DNA from: a virus
Lineage: Duplodnaviria > Caudoviricetes
Virus record (IMG/VR): IMGVR_UViG_2595698882_000001
Coordinates: 92,649-156,648 of that record
Strand: one strand, 5' to 3'
DNA: 64,000 nt
The notes beneath the pieces were generated by a model. That model was not told where the DNA came from, searched no databases, and worked only from the letters and a program-made list of their open reading frames with translations. The position numbers and the translations under genes were made by a program. Shown piece by piece: positions 52,689 to 64,000 of this stretch. Position 1 is the first letter of the stretch; each line of letters starts with the position of its first letter.

Positions 52689-54099
52689 CGTTACGTTACT
52701 ACCTGTCAATGATATTGTAGAGCTATACTCTTCCTGTTTAAGGGAGGGTATAGCAGACCAAGAGGAAAAGAACTACAGAACAAAAGACGGCAGTATAACC
52801 GTTATCGTATCTCCTTCTAACCATTACATTGAAGCGTATTCTAAACACCATAAGGTTGTGCGGCTGGATTTCAGAGCAGATAACACCACATGGTACAAGG
52901 TAACTAGAGGAGACAAAGGGAGTTACCCTTTTGTAGACTTAGCGGCGGCAGTAACCTTGGTCACTCAATATGAGACCATCAAGATTGAAAAGGGGTTGTA
53001 TTATGATTTTCAATAGGAGTAACCCTGCACCTAAAGATACTGAGGTTGGGCAAATTGTCACTAATTTATTACACACCTCTTTCTTTACAGGATATCGTAC
53101 AGATAGCGGCTATTATTACCGGACACGGCAGAAGAACACGACAGAGGCGGGGCGGATAGAGACAAGGGATGATGTCATCACCTTATTTCAGAGAGTGGAC
53201 CAAGAAATTACCAATAATTTTCCAGCATGGGGGGCGTGGGACCGCTCTTCCGGGAATGTCTATCTATTCAGCATCGTACATGGAGATGTCCTAACAGTCA
53301 GGAAAGGGAAGGTTATACAGCTGGAAGAACCTGCAATGCCCTTCTTTACAAAGGCGTCTTTCTTATCTTATATCGACAATCTAAATGTGTAAAAAGTTTT
53401 TAAAAAGGTATTGACTTTATATCAACAAGCAGGTATACTGTAGGTACAGAGTAAAGAGGAGGGAAAATAGATGTCATTATCCAGTGACAAACAGGTAGAC
53501 TTACTGGTTGCACTTTTAGACTGCTATCCTAAGGATCTAACAGCCCTAGAGGGTTGCCGGATTCCTATGCTTGACATTGTAGAGAGGGCAGTAGAGACTG
53601 CCGCAGAAGCGGGTACAGAGGTAGACATCAATACACTTACATGGGCTATGTTTGATATTGCCAAGGGAGCGGTACAGGATTATATCAATACTACTGTAGA
53701 CTCTTATCGCCATACCTTAGGGGAGCAAGAACATCACAGCACTACTAGGGAGTGGCTTGAAAGAGCAGTATTGGTAGGAGAACATCTAGATATCTTTCAA
53801 GATACCGATAGCAGTCATATAGGGTCAGAAGTAGAGATACACTTCGTGAGTAATGCGGATAAATACAAGAATTACTTTGAAAATGCTCTGGATCACTTCG
53901 AGATTCTAACAGGCTACTCGATTGAGGATATAGGTTAAAAAAAAAATAAAAAGGGTGTTGACTTCTAATCAATACCCTGATATACTAAAGATATACTAAA
54001 TAAGGGAGAGGTTAACATGGATGAAAAGTATATTACACTAGAAGGGTACAACGACCGTACAGTAAGGTTTTCTAAAGCATGGTTAGAAAAGGCAGTGGC

Positions 54100-54477
54100 G
54101 CCGGACACCTTAGAGGAGTTCTTAGATGAGTATACATGGGATGACACGGAGTACCTATCAAGACAGTATCTAAATTACTTAGGGCAACTTTAATGAGGGT
54201 ACATTATACTGACAACGGAATTAACTTGTTATAGAATAAAATTACGATAAAAAAAAACAAAACAGAAGGGATAAATGATAATATGTTTAAAATAACTTGT
54301 GAACACTGTGGCAGAGAAAGCAAGGTTGTTATTTCAAATGGTACAATTGAAACAGATGGATACGTGCATTTTGGAGTAGGGGATGGGACAATAGATACAG
54401 TGCATTGCGTCGGTTGTAAAACACAATTAGATAGCGAAAATGCCTGACACCTTAGAGGACTTCTTAGATGAGTATAC
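54100..54477 (+). repeat. 36-bp direct repeat (54100-54135 and 54442-54477)
   Basis: GCC(G/T)GACACCTTAGAGGA(G/C)TTCTTAGATGAGTATAC, 34/36 identical. Confidence 0.85.
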
Positions 54478-57338
54478 TTTAATAGAATTATATGATCAAC
54501 TAAAAACGTATAAGGAGCACTTTTTAGATTATAGATAACTAGGAGGGGAACTGTATGTACATGGATTCTATAGTTGAAGAGATTAAACTAGGGATGCCTA
54601 GTCAAAGGATTTTACAGGTAGTCAGCTATGGAGGGGTAGTGGTGAATGGTAGGCTCATTACCCTAAAGAACAAGGAAGAACTAAAGATACTTAAAAACAA
54701 GTTAGTTATACCACAGGAAGAACCAGACAGCCCGCTCGTATACGATACAGCGACTACCTATAACAAGCCGTTTGAAGAAGCAGACTTGGAATTTTTAAAA
54801 GGGAAACGGATTATATTCGGGGAAGAAGTATTCACCTGTAGAGGACTTAAAGCAATCGTTAAACTGTCTAACACCATTCGTAACCTTAGATATTACTACG
54901 AATAAAAACATGTAATATAGACACGCCTATTGCATATACTATACCATTAAACAAAGGAGGTATATACGGTGAATCTAAATGGTATCGGTGCCCTATTGTG
55001 GCTAATCTGTGGGATTGTGGTTTTGTTCTTCTTAATCAATATCTACCCGTTTACAATCATCTTACTGTTTTGTATTGTTATCCCTGCCATTGCGGGCTGG
55101 GTATGGACAGGAAAACGAATAGAGCAAGAGAGACAGGCAGAAAATGAGTTTCAGCGGCTACAAGAGGAAAATGAGCGGCTTAAAAGAGAGCTAGACAAAG
55201 ACAAGTAATTTTTTTTTAGAAAGTGGTTGACTTATAGTCAACATGATGATATGATAAGTACGTAAGAAAACCAGAGGAGAGTGAACGAACATGACAAAAG
55301 CAATGTTCGCAATCAGTAACGAAACTTTGAATACTATGATATCCTTGGCAAATTTGAATAGCATACCTTATGAGTTTTTCGAGGGATGCCTTCAGGATAA
55401 CGTTATCTTTTATGACGCTGAGGATATTCATATTGACGGTGTGAGTGCAACATACATTATTGTAAAAGAAAAGTATGTAAATGAGTGGTCAAGCGATCTT
55501 GTGGCTATTCTGACGGATTCGTTTGAAGAAGTGCAGGACTTTGAAGAGGTTGTGAACATGTTCTAAAAATGTGTTGACTTTAAATCAACTAGATGTTATA
55601 ATGAAGTTAAGTTAAAATAAAGGAGAGATAACAATGAAGCAACTAGACTTAGACCTAGTGAGAAGTTTACAACGTCTGACACAGTTAAAGGATGCAGGGT
55701 GGAAGTTCCTACCGGAGGGAGAAACGGGGTACTACCTAGCAGTAAAGCAGGATCAAGTGGTTATTATTGAAGAGCTTGGGGACTTACAAGAGTGTATGCA
55801 GATTGAGAATACAATGAGTGTGGGAGGGGTAGCGTAATGGGTTATGTAGCAGTATTAAAAACAGAAGTACAGGAGGAACAGCAGAGCCTAGCCTTAAACG
55901 AGGAGCAGGCAATGGCTCTCTATATGCAGATTGGTTCTTATGAGGGAAAGATCAATAGATACGCCAATCCACAGAACTGGGGCAAGTGGGATAAGTACAC
56001 TAGATTAAAGCGTAAAATACTACAGTGGCAACAAAATATATAGTACATAAGACCTACAAAAATATATAAAAAAGATGTTGACAGGGTGTCAATAACTTGA
56101 TAAGATTAAGGTATAGAAAGGAGCTAGCAAATGAATATCGACATAAAAGCACTACAGCGGCGCATAGAGAGCCGCACAGGGCAAAGGGTAGACATAGTAT
56201 TCGTAGACTACATAAAGCCACACACAACAGCACAGATTGAATTTAGCCACTACAAGAAATTAGAACACCAATTAAAAGAGACAGGGGAGAAGTTAAATGA
56301 CAACTAAACTTAGCTTAGAGGTAGCCTTGGACAACGCATTCTGCATTATGAATGAGTATTCTAATCTAGAAGAAGGCTACCAAGCCGCCTTTAAGTATCT
56401 ATATAACTGCCCGTTACCTCCTAGGACACGAAGCAAATCCTTCAGGGAGTTGGAAGCCGAATTTAATAGGGCTAGCACAGAGGAAGGGTTTCAACAAGTG
56501 TATGAGGAGATAGCAGAGGTAAAACAAATAGCACTGTCCACAGAAAGACAGCTGGCGCAAATCAAGAAAAGTATTGATAACATTGTATGGAGCATTGACG
56601 TTAACCGAAAGACACTAGGAGATACTCGCATGTTATCAGAAGCGTTCAAAGCTCTGAAAAACTTACAGGATGCTTATAAATAAAATTTCATAAAAGGTGT
56701 TGACTTTAAGTCAATAACAGTATATAATAAAATTAACAAATCAAAAGGAGAGATTAAAATGACAATCAAGTTCACAGACAGTATCAAAGAAGAGTTACTA
56801 GACCGGGTTGAACACTTTGAGAACGATCTTATGGAAAATCACATGTTCGATATGCATGAGGATGCTATGGCAGATATAAAGTATCTTAAGTACGGAATTA
56901 AAAGAGAGAACGTAGACATTATACGTGCAGTATACGCACTCACACACGATGATAGTGTCTGTGGCTTTGTAGACGACCTCCTAGAAGTATTAGCTAGGAA
57001 TGCTAACTGAGAGGAGGGTAGCCATGAGTAAAAGTAAAAAGATGCCGCTCATTAATATCATAGGTACTCTTCATAACTCAATAGATATGTGTAAGAAAGC
57101 CTACGGCGGATGTAACTACATGGAAATGTCCGTACCCTTATACGAACTATATAAGAGCTTAATGATTCCTTTCATTTACGGAGATACCTTTGTAGGGGCA
57201 GTACAGGACATAAGAGAACGAGTAGAAATAATTCTTACAGATCACAAAGGGTACTACTGGAAGGCTTTAAAAGAAAAAGACGGGCAAGGAATAGGAATGA
57301 CATTAAAATAGAGATAAGATAACAAGGGAGAGGTAACA

Positions 57339-57635
57339 ATGAAAAAATTAATGCAGTCTATTACACTGATTGGGGCACTAACATTAGGAGTAACAGGGGT
57401 AGCCGCACAAGCTCCACAACAAGCACAAGCCGCTACAGAACATCACGTAAGAGCTAAACTAATCGGTTGGGCTGATATGAACTCATTCGAAGTAAAAACT
57501 TCTACAGGGAAAGTATACATCATGCGTACATCAAATAAATGGTACTACAAGAACCTAAAAGAGGGGCAGTATTACACTTACTTCTACACTGTAAACAAGT
57601 ACGGTCAGAACGTTATCACAAAGATCAACAAATAA
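57339..57635 (+). CDS. secreted protein
   Basis: signal peptide MKKLMQSITLIGALTLGV...AQA. Confidence 0.7.
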   Translation: MKKLMQSITLIGALTLGVTGVAAQAPQQAQAATEHHVRAKLIGWADMNSFEVKTSTGKVYIMRTSNKWYYKNLKEGQYYTYFYTVNKYGQNVITKINK

Positions 57636-59602
57636 GCGTAAAACTTTCCAAAATTGTATTGACTGTAGGACAACGATCAGGTATACTAACTACAGGAGTA
57701 GAGATAGACAGAGATGGGCATCTGATTATAACAGTAGACGCAATTATTGAATAATAACAAACGGGGCACTAACGGTGTCCCCTATACATAACACTAATTG
57801 ATGGTTACATACTAAGGAGGACACAATATGGCTATAACTGTAGACGAGAGAGCAAAGCTAGGCGGCACAATATTAGACATGGTAGATATTATCAATGGAC
57901 TGACAATTACAAACCTAACACCTGCACAGGAAGCCTATGTGCTCCTGTTAGCGGATAGACTTCATCAGTTATCGAAAGTAGTCAAAGAGTTAGAAGTAGA
58001 TTCACTAAGCTCCTTTAAGGAGTCCGGTGAAGAGCTACTAGCAAGGATCAAACGTTTAAAAGACGAGCTAAGATAGGGGGAGAGAACAATGGCATTGACA
58101 GAAGCGGAACAAAAACGAGCATATACAACACTAATAGCCTTATCAGATAGTGTAAAAAGTTTGCAGATGTCAGTATCCGTAGACGAACTGGATGATCTCA
58201 GAAGCATAGCAGAGTGTATAAACAGGTTAGAGGAGACACTACGTCCCAACAATTACCCATACAGCCATAAACTACGAGTAAACTTCAAGCCCAAACAGAA
58301 AAACCTCTCATGGTTCGACACAATCCTTTTAGGTCTTGCAGAAGGGTTCGAACAAGAAGCGAGGGAAAAAGCAGAAAAGAAACGTAGACGGAAAGAACGT
58401 ATGAATAAATTTCTCAGGAGGAAATAACATGAACGCATTACAAGCACTGTACCAACTGAATCACTTGACAGCCCTTATTGAAGCTCTCAGAATATCCGTA
58501 GAACATTTAAACAAACAGGCAAAAGATTATGACTATAGAGAGCTATATACCCACGTAGACCACATCTCAAAACACATTGAAGAACTAACTGCACAGGAGA
58601 CAGCTTTAAGAAATAAACTCATGGCGTTAAAATTAGACTAAGGAGGTTACCCAATGAAGGCTAGTAAGGTGTTAATCATAACTGCAAACTTACTCATTGC
58701 GTTAGGGTGGATTCTTCTACTAGCAGGATACGCAGTAAACAACCTCACTATAGGGATAACAGCCATCACAGTATTTGTCATCGCAGGTATTACAGGACTC
58801 GCAAGTATATCCGTATTATTGTATAAGGAGAGAGAATAACAATGACAGAGCGTAAGAAATTCCGTTCTACATCGTATAGAGACTTATTAGAAGTATTTAA
58901 AGATGAGTACACAATCCATGTCACAATAAGTATATGGACGTACCGCAGTAAGAGAAAACAGTTTATCATTCCGCTCTCTAGCACATATAGCCACTTTGAC
59001 AATGATCTAAACTTTACCTATAAGGACAAAGACTTTGTATTCAAAACAGTAGAGGGCAAGCAACACAAATTTCACTTCACAGAACTAAAGACAGTTAAGG
59101 TAGATCATATTGAATTGGTACCGCCGCTAGACTATATAAATGTTAGTATCGTTTCAGATAATGGGGAGGAGAAATAACAATGATAGAGTACAAAGGATTC
59201 AAATACACAGCTTACGACTTGTTTAAAACGATTAGAGAAAACATAGGTAGACCTCTCTTAATTGAAATGTCTGACAACTTCTATATTGGACTTCTTATAA
59301 GATACCCAAAGGAGTTTAAAGACATAGCGCTTATTGGCACATATAACCCTGATCTATGCTGGTGCGTAATAGATATGGATACTGGGGAGATAATAGAGGA
59401 GTGTATGTACTAAAAAATAGAGAGGGGCACATGGAGAGGATTAACAGAGAGATAGCCAGAACATTAGTATTAGAACGTTTAACACTAGGAGCAAAACTCA
59501 GTAGCTTACATGAGACTCTAACAGAAATAACACAACAAGCAGACATATATAAAGAAGTAATTACTAGGGAACAGCTATTAACCCTTATAAAAGAATGTTC
59601 TC

Positions 59603-59622
59603 TATATATATATATATATATA
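59603..59622 (+). repeat. (TA)10 microsatellite inside a CDS
   Basis: seen directly; encodes YIYIYI. Confidence 0.9.
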
Positions 59623-59868
59623 GAAGAAGCATTAGAGACACTACACCCAGACACAGAGGAATATATGGACTTACTTACTCATATAGAGGGACTACACTAT
59701 AAGGGGAAACTTTAAACTATAATGTATAAGGAGAGAGGAGAGAGGAAAGAGGAAAGACAATACTTTATCATACTAAAGAACAGTCGAACCTGGGGCGTGT
59801 AAATCGAGTCCGCTTCATGCTAGACTTTATTGTTCGCATCTTGTGGAGGGGGCGGCGGGAGAATTTTC

Positions 59869-59892
59869 ATTATTCTAAATATTCTGACAATT
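59869..59892. promoter_or_regulatory. CodY-like box
   Basis: AATATTCTGACAATT, 2 mismatches to AATTTTCWGAAAATT, plus a weaker box overlapping by 6 bp. Confidence 0.5.
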
Positions 59893-60417
59893 CAAGGGGG
59901 CGCATATAAGTGTTAGACTATCCCTTTGTCAGAATACCGCTCACCCTTCTCAGATTGCCCTGTAAGACGTTTTAATAATAATCGAGTATATTTAGTCTTA
60001 AACAGGTTAAAACGGCTTAAAACGCATTTAAATAGTAAATATTTTTCTATAATAAGTGTTGACATAACATATAGACCATGTTACACTATAGTTACAGTAA
60101 GATACACGATATATACTATAAGGAGGTGAGGGTAAGTGGCACGCAACCAAACTGACAAATCTAAAAAGTAATTAGCAGCACGTATGCAAAGTAACGTCTC
60201 AATACTATTGACTTATATTTGACTTTTAATTAAGGGATCGTTTCTTGATAGCTCATTAACGATTCATGTACTGCCTTGGGTTGGTGGAGGGTAAGCCGCT
60301 CTTCACCAAATTTTTTATAAAAAGGTATTGACAGTTAGTCAACATACATAGTATAATAAAAGTATAAAAAGATACTGGTGAGCTATGCAGAGGACGCATA
60401 TAAAGGGGTGAATAAGG

Positions 60418-60591
60418 ATGAAGGCTTATGATGAATATACAGTAGGTCATTTCACGGTTGTAATGCGGCGGGGCAGTGGCGGCTATGTAGGTCATTACAC
60501 TGATCATAGTAGTGGCTCAACATATTCCTTCCATGCGGAGGGGATGACACGTAAGCAGGTACTTAAGAGGTTTTGGGATCGTATTAAATAG
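60418..60591 (+). CDS. 57-aa early protein, not in ORF track
   Basis: AAGGGGTGA RBS-like site; promoter at 60328. Confidence 0.5.
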   Translation: MKAYDEYTVGHFTVVMRRGSGGYVGHYTDHSSGSTYSFHAEGMTRKQVLKRFWDRIK

Positions 60592-60661
60592 TAGCTCATT
60601 TTGTAGTAGCTCTGGCTCCGCTGGGTATACCGGAGCTACGGCGGGCTGCACAGGGTAAGCT

Positions 60662-60676
60662 AATTGTCAGAATATT
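60662..60676. promoter_or_regulatory. CodY-like box
   Basis: AATTGTCAGAATATT, exact reverse complement of the 59878 box, 18 bp upstream of a -35. Confidence 0.5.
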
Positions 60677-60756
60677 TTTATTTCTTAAAAGTGGTTGACT
60701 TGTGGTCAATAGGGTGATATACTAAAGATGTACTAAAAACGAGGAGGAATTTTACA

Positions 60757-63700
60757 ATGACTAAATACATTCAGTTAAAGGCAGGAAAGCACAGTATGTT
60801 TGCAGAGGAAACTGACAATGGTTTAGAATTGAATATCGAAGGTGAAACAGTTGCCGTATTAGAATATGATGAGGAATCTAAATCATTTAAACTGTATGCG
60901 TATGGTGATGAGGACGAACCAGCTTTCACTCATGATTACAAACTCTAAAAAAAAAATGAAAAAGGGTGTTGACTTGTGGTCAATACCCTGATATACTTAA
61001 GTCATACCAATAAGGGAGGGCTTACATAATGAGACAGAGTTTAGAGACGTGGAAAAACATTTTTAGAAACCTAGAGGAAGAGGGAGAGCAACTAGAGGTT
61101 ATATGGTTAGAGGGTAGTGATGAATGGTGTCTATGTGCAGGTACAGAACTATTTGAAGATGGTTTTAAAACAGAGGATGAAGCAAACGACCGACTAGAAT
61201 ACCTAGAGAACATTATCCTTTAAAAAAAAATTAAAAGGGTGTTGACTTTAAATCAATACCCTGATATACTTAAGACATACCAAACAAGGGAGAGAGTAAA
61301 ATGGAAAAAGTTAAAGCTTACTTACTAGATAACATGGAAGAACTAAAGGACGTTGTAAGAGAGGTTAACAGCTGGAATAGTGAACTTGAACATCTTGACT
61401 ATCAGTATAACGATGAGGACTTCTTTAATACTTACTTTGAAGGTGAACCTATGAAAGCAGTGCGGGCGGCTGTATATGGTGACTACAACTATACTGACGA
61501 TTATGTTAAATTCGATGGATACGGCAATCTAAAGAGTGTGTCAGAATATGACTTAGAGCGGGAATTAGAGGACCACATTGAGGAAATCATGGATTCCCTA
61601 GAAGGAAACCTCCCTAACCTAACACTAAGCGATGAACTAACAGCGCTCATTAATGAAGAGGAAGAGGGAGAATAATTCTCCTTCTTTTTCTAAAAAGATG
61701 TTGACAGTCAGTCAATACGGTGATATACTTAAGACATACTAAATAGGAGGTACATACATAATGACAACACTAGCAGGATATCGGGTAGATAATTGTAAGG
61801 GGTGCGGCAAGGTTTATCTTGTAGGAGAATCAAAGGACAGAAAGAAATGTGCAGGTTGTGCAAAATAGGTGTTGACTTTTCGTCAATACGGTGTTATACT
61901 AAATACATACTAACTCATACATAAACTAATTGGAGGTATGCAGGATGTTAAAACGCTACTATGCTATGCTTAATCGTTATTTCTTTTGTCTTGAAGAGGG
62001 TGAAGAAGTGGAAGCGGTGGACGCTAAACTATTCTATGGTGTCATTGGTGGTACTATCTGTGTTCTGCTGTTTATTATCGCTATTACGTGGGGTAAACTT
62101 CCACTATGAAAAGGCTATGGAAGCGGCTGACACGTAGGAAGGTGCTGACGGTAGACGAATACTGTTCACAGGTTAATACAATCTGTGAACAGTATGACCA
62201 GTCATTAAAACGATTATTAGAAAAGTGTTGACTTTGCGTCAACGTCCTGTTATACTTTAACTATACCAAATATGGAGGGATTTATGATGGAACTGAAAAC
62301 AACTAGTCAATGTGTGGCAACTGCTAAAGAGCTATTAGTCAGTGCGAGAAGTATTAAAAGTCAATGGGAGCATGCTGCATGGTGGGATCAGAAAGTAGAG
62401 CTATTTTGGATCATTCAAGATGCTTTAGAATCTGGCAGGTTTATAGGTGAAGCCTATGACGAACTATGGCAGGCTAAACACATCCTAAATGAAGCGGAAA
62501 GCGTTGCTGGAAGGTATGCGAACGATTGACAGTGCAAGGCGTTACCATTAAAGGATATGACGCCTAGACAGGGAATGCAAGTGTTATTTGAAGGCATTAC
62601 TGTCCAGATAGCAAGCAGGCGTTTGAATGGGTTCTATAAGGCTGTTGTCCTTTATGGTGACGATATGGAATACTTTGAAGGCGATACGATTCAGCTACAT
62701 GAGGAAACACTCGTAAAAAAAGTTTTAAATATGGGTTGACTTCTAGTCAACCCATATGGTATACTTAAGTTAACAAATTAAAGGGAGAGATCAATTATGA
62801 TAGGTGAAAGCAGAACAGAGTTAACTCCAGTTTATGACAGACGTAAAAGCTTCTATAAAAAGGCTTGGGTATTAGAGAGTGAAGGTGTTAAACAGCTATT
62901 GTCTTACCAAACGATTGTAGCAGAGATCAGGGACGGCAAGGCTGAAGTATTCGGGACACACTCAAGTACAACTTTAAGACACATTAAAGATTTTTTATAC
63001 CAAAATGGGTTTGAAATTGGGACTAAAAAAGAAATTGAAAAAATGTATATTATGAGTTGACTTATGGTCAACTCATATGGTATCATTATAATTGTAAAGA
63101 ACATTACATACTAAAAACAAGGGAGCGATTTTATTATGAACACATTACATATGAACACTTGGGCGGTTGAGGAATTAATGGGGCACGTTGACGGCGTATC
63201 ATTCGAGGAAGGTACAGCAAAGCTCGAAGCCATTGTCAAACACGGTTCAGACCATGTACTTACAGAGATAGAAAGGTATGAGGATAAAACGTATGATGAC
63301 CTATTCCGGGAACACTTTGAAGCGATTCTAAAGGAACTAGCGTTTACAGGCAGAGAGCATGCAGTGAAGAACTGTTCTATCACTAGTATCCCTTACTACT
63401 CGGTAAGGTACATCCTAGAGCTTAAAGCGGAACAGATGCTTGAAGGTTATCACGGCTGGTGTGATCATGAGATTGTGCAAGAAGAGGTAAACGGATCATT
63501 TGAATGCTTCTCGTATTGTGTTAAATGCGGGCAGGAAGTGTAAGAGCGGCAACGCTCTTTTTTTTTTATGATTAGTGTTGACTTTAAGACAATAAGGTGA
63601 TATACTAAAGACATACCAAATCAGGAGGGAATACACATGACAATGGATATACAGGTGTTAGCAGACAAGCTGGAGGACATGCAGGACACACGCAATGATC

Positions 63701-63885
63701 TAATGGCACAATATGAGGAGACAGGAGCGGCTGAACTGTTAGACGCTATAGAGGAGCTTGATCAGGATATAGAGGAGCTACACACAGACATAGAGATCAT
63801 GCAGGAGAATGATCCATATGCACACATGACCACAATGCAAAGGGAAATGAAACGGAATGGATTGAGTCAAGCGGATTTCATTTAA
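60757..63885 (+). other. early-region small CDS (60757-60948, 61029-61223, 61301-61675, 62272-62529, 62557-62739, 62797-63060, 63136-63543, 63637-63885 and shorter ones)
   Basis: most have their own promoter and GGAGG/GGGAG RBS; several strongly acidic. Confidence 0.7.
63543..63567 (+). terminator. intrinsic terminator
   Basis: AGAGCG-GCAA-CGCTCT plus T run. Confidence 0.8.
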
Positions 63886-64000
63886 GGGCGGGGTGTCCGC
63901 TCTTTTTCTTATTAGTTTGAATTGTCAGACTAATCTGTCAAACCCCTCCCCGTACCTTTTTTTCCCATAAACGACAAGGTACCCTAGCCACCTCTCTACC

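Larger units (their letters stand above)
52681..59715 (+). other. early-region small hypothetical CDS (about 25, including unlisted 54017-54193, 54283-54447, 56131-56307)
   Basis: promoter-RBS-ORF units. Confidence 0.6.
51281..63606 (+). promoter_or_regulatory. array of about 19 SigA-type early promoters with palindromic -35 (TTGAC-N5-GTCAA and variants)
   Basis: TTGAC at 51281, 51699, 53411, 53958, 55227, 55574, 56078, 56700, 57659, 60328, 60695, 60969, 61242, 61701, 61872, 62228, 62736, 63057, 63578; TATACT/TATAAT-like -10 and A-rich UP elements. Confidence 0.9.

Noticed and set aside
60136-60222. tmRNA-like tag ending in LAA
   Set aside because: LAA follows the stop codon rather than preceding it; no tRNA-like ends
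62159-62195. Host parS site
   Set aside because: Does not match TGTTNCACGTGAAACA spacing; no parS noticed elsewhere by eye

Overview
A 64 kb segment of a large lytic Bacillus myophage genome, Herelleviridae and most like Bastillevirinae by gene content and order. Almost all genes are on the + strand. 1-23 kb is the replication/transcription core: HU-like protein, a family A DNA polymerase split by two group I introns that each carry a homing endonuclease, UvsY-like protein, SSB, RecA/UvsX, phage sigma factor, holin, DHH-like protein, metallophosphoesterase and Sce7726-like nuclease. 23-51 kb is accessory: a SigF/SigG-like sigma factor, RtcB, YopX, XRE, an MmcB-like nuclease and lipoproteins. 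It also holds the most interesting element, a 6.5 kb operon (ParM-like actin, RHH adaptor, M23 peptidase, VirB2-like, VirB6-like, FtsK/SpoIIIE) behind a SigE-like promoter, with an unannotated antisense gene driven by a SigG/SigF-like promoter. At 47.8-51.2 kb, eight same-orientation copies of a 15-bp motif sit at gene junctions. 51.3-64 kb is an early/host-takeover-type region of small genes with about 19 strong SigA promoters whose -35 lies in a TTGAC-N5-GTCAA palindrome, plus CodY-like boxes. No tRNA, rRNA or CRISPR array was seen. All family calls come from motif recognition by eye; no database searches were run.
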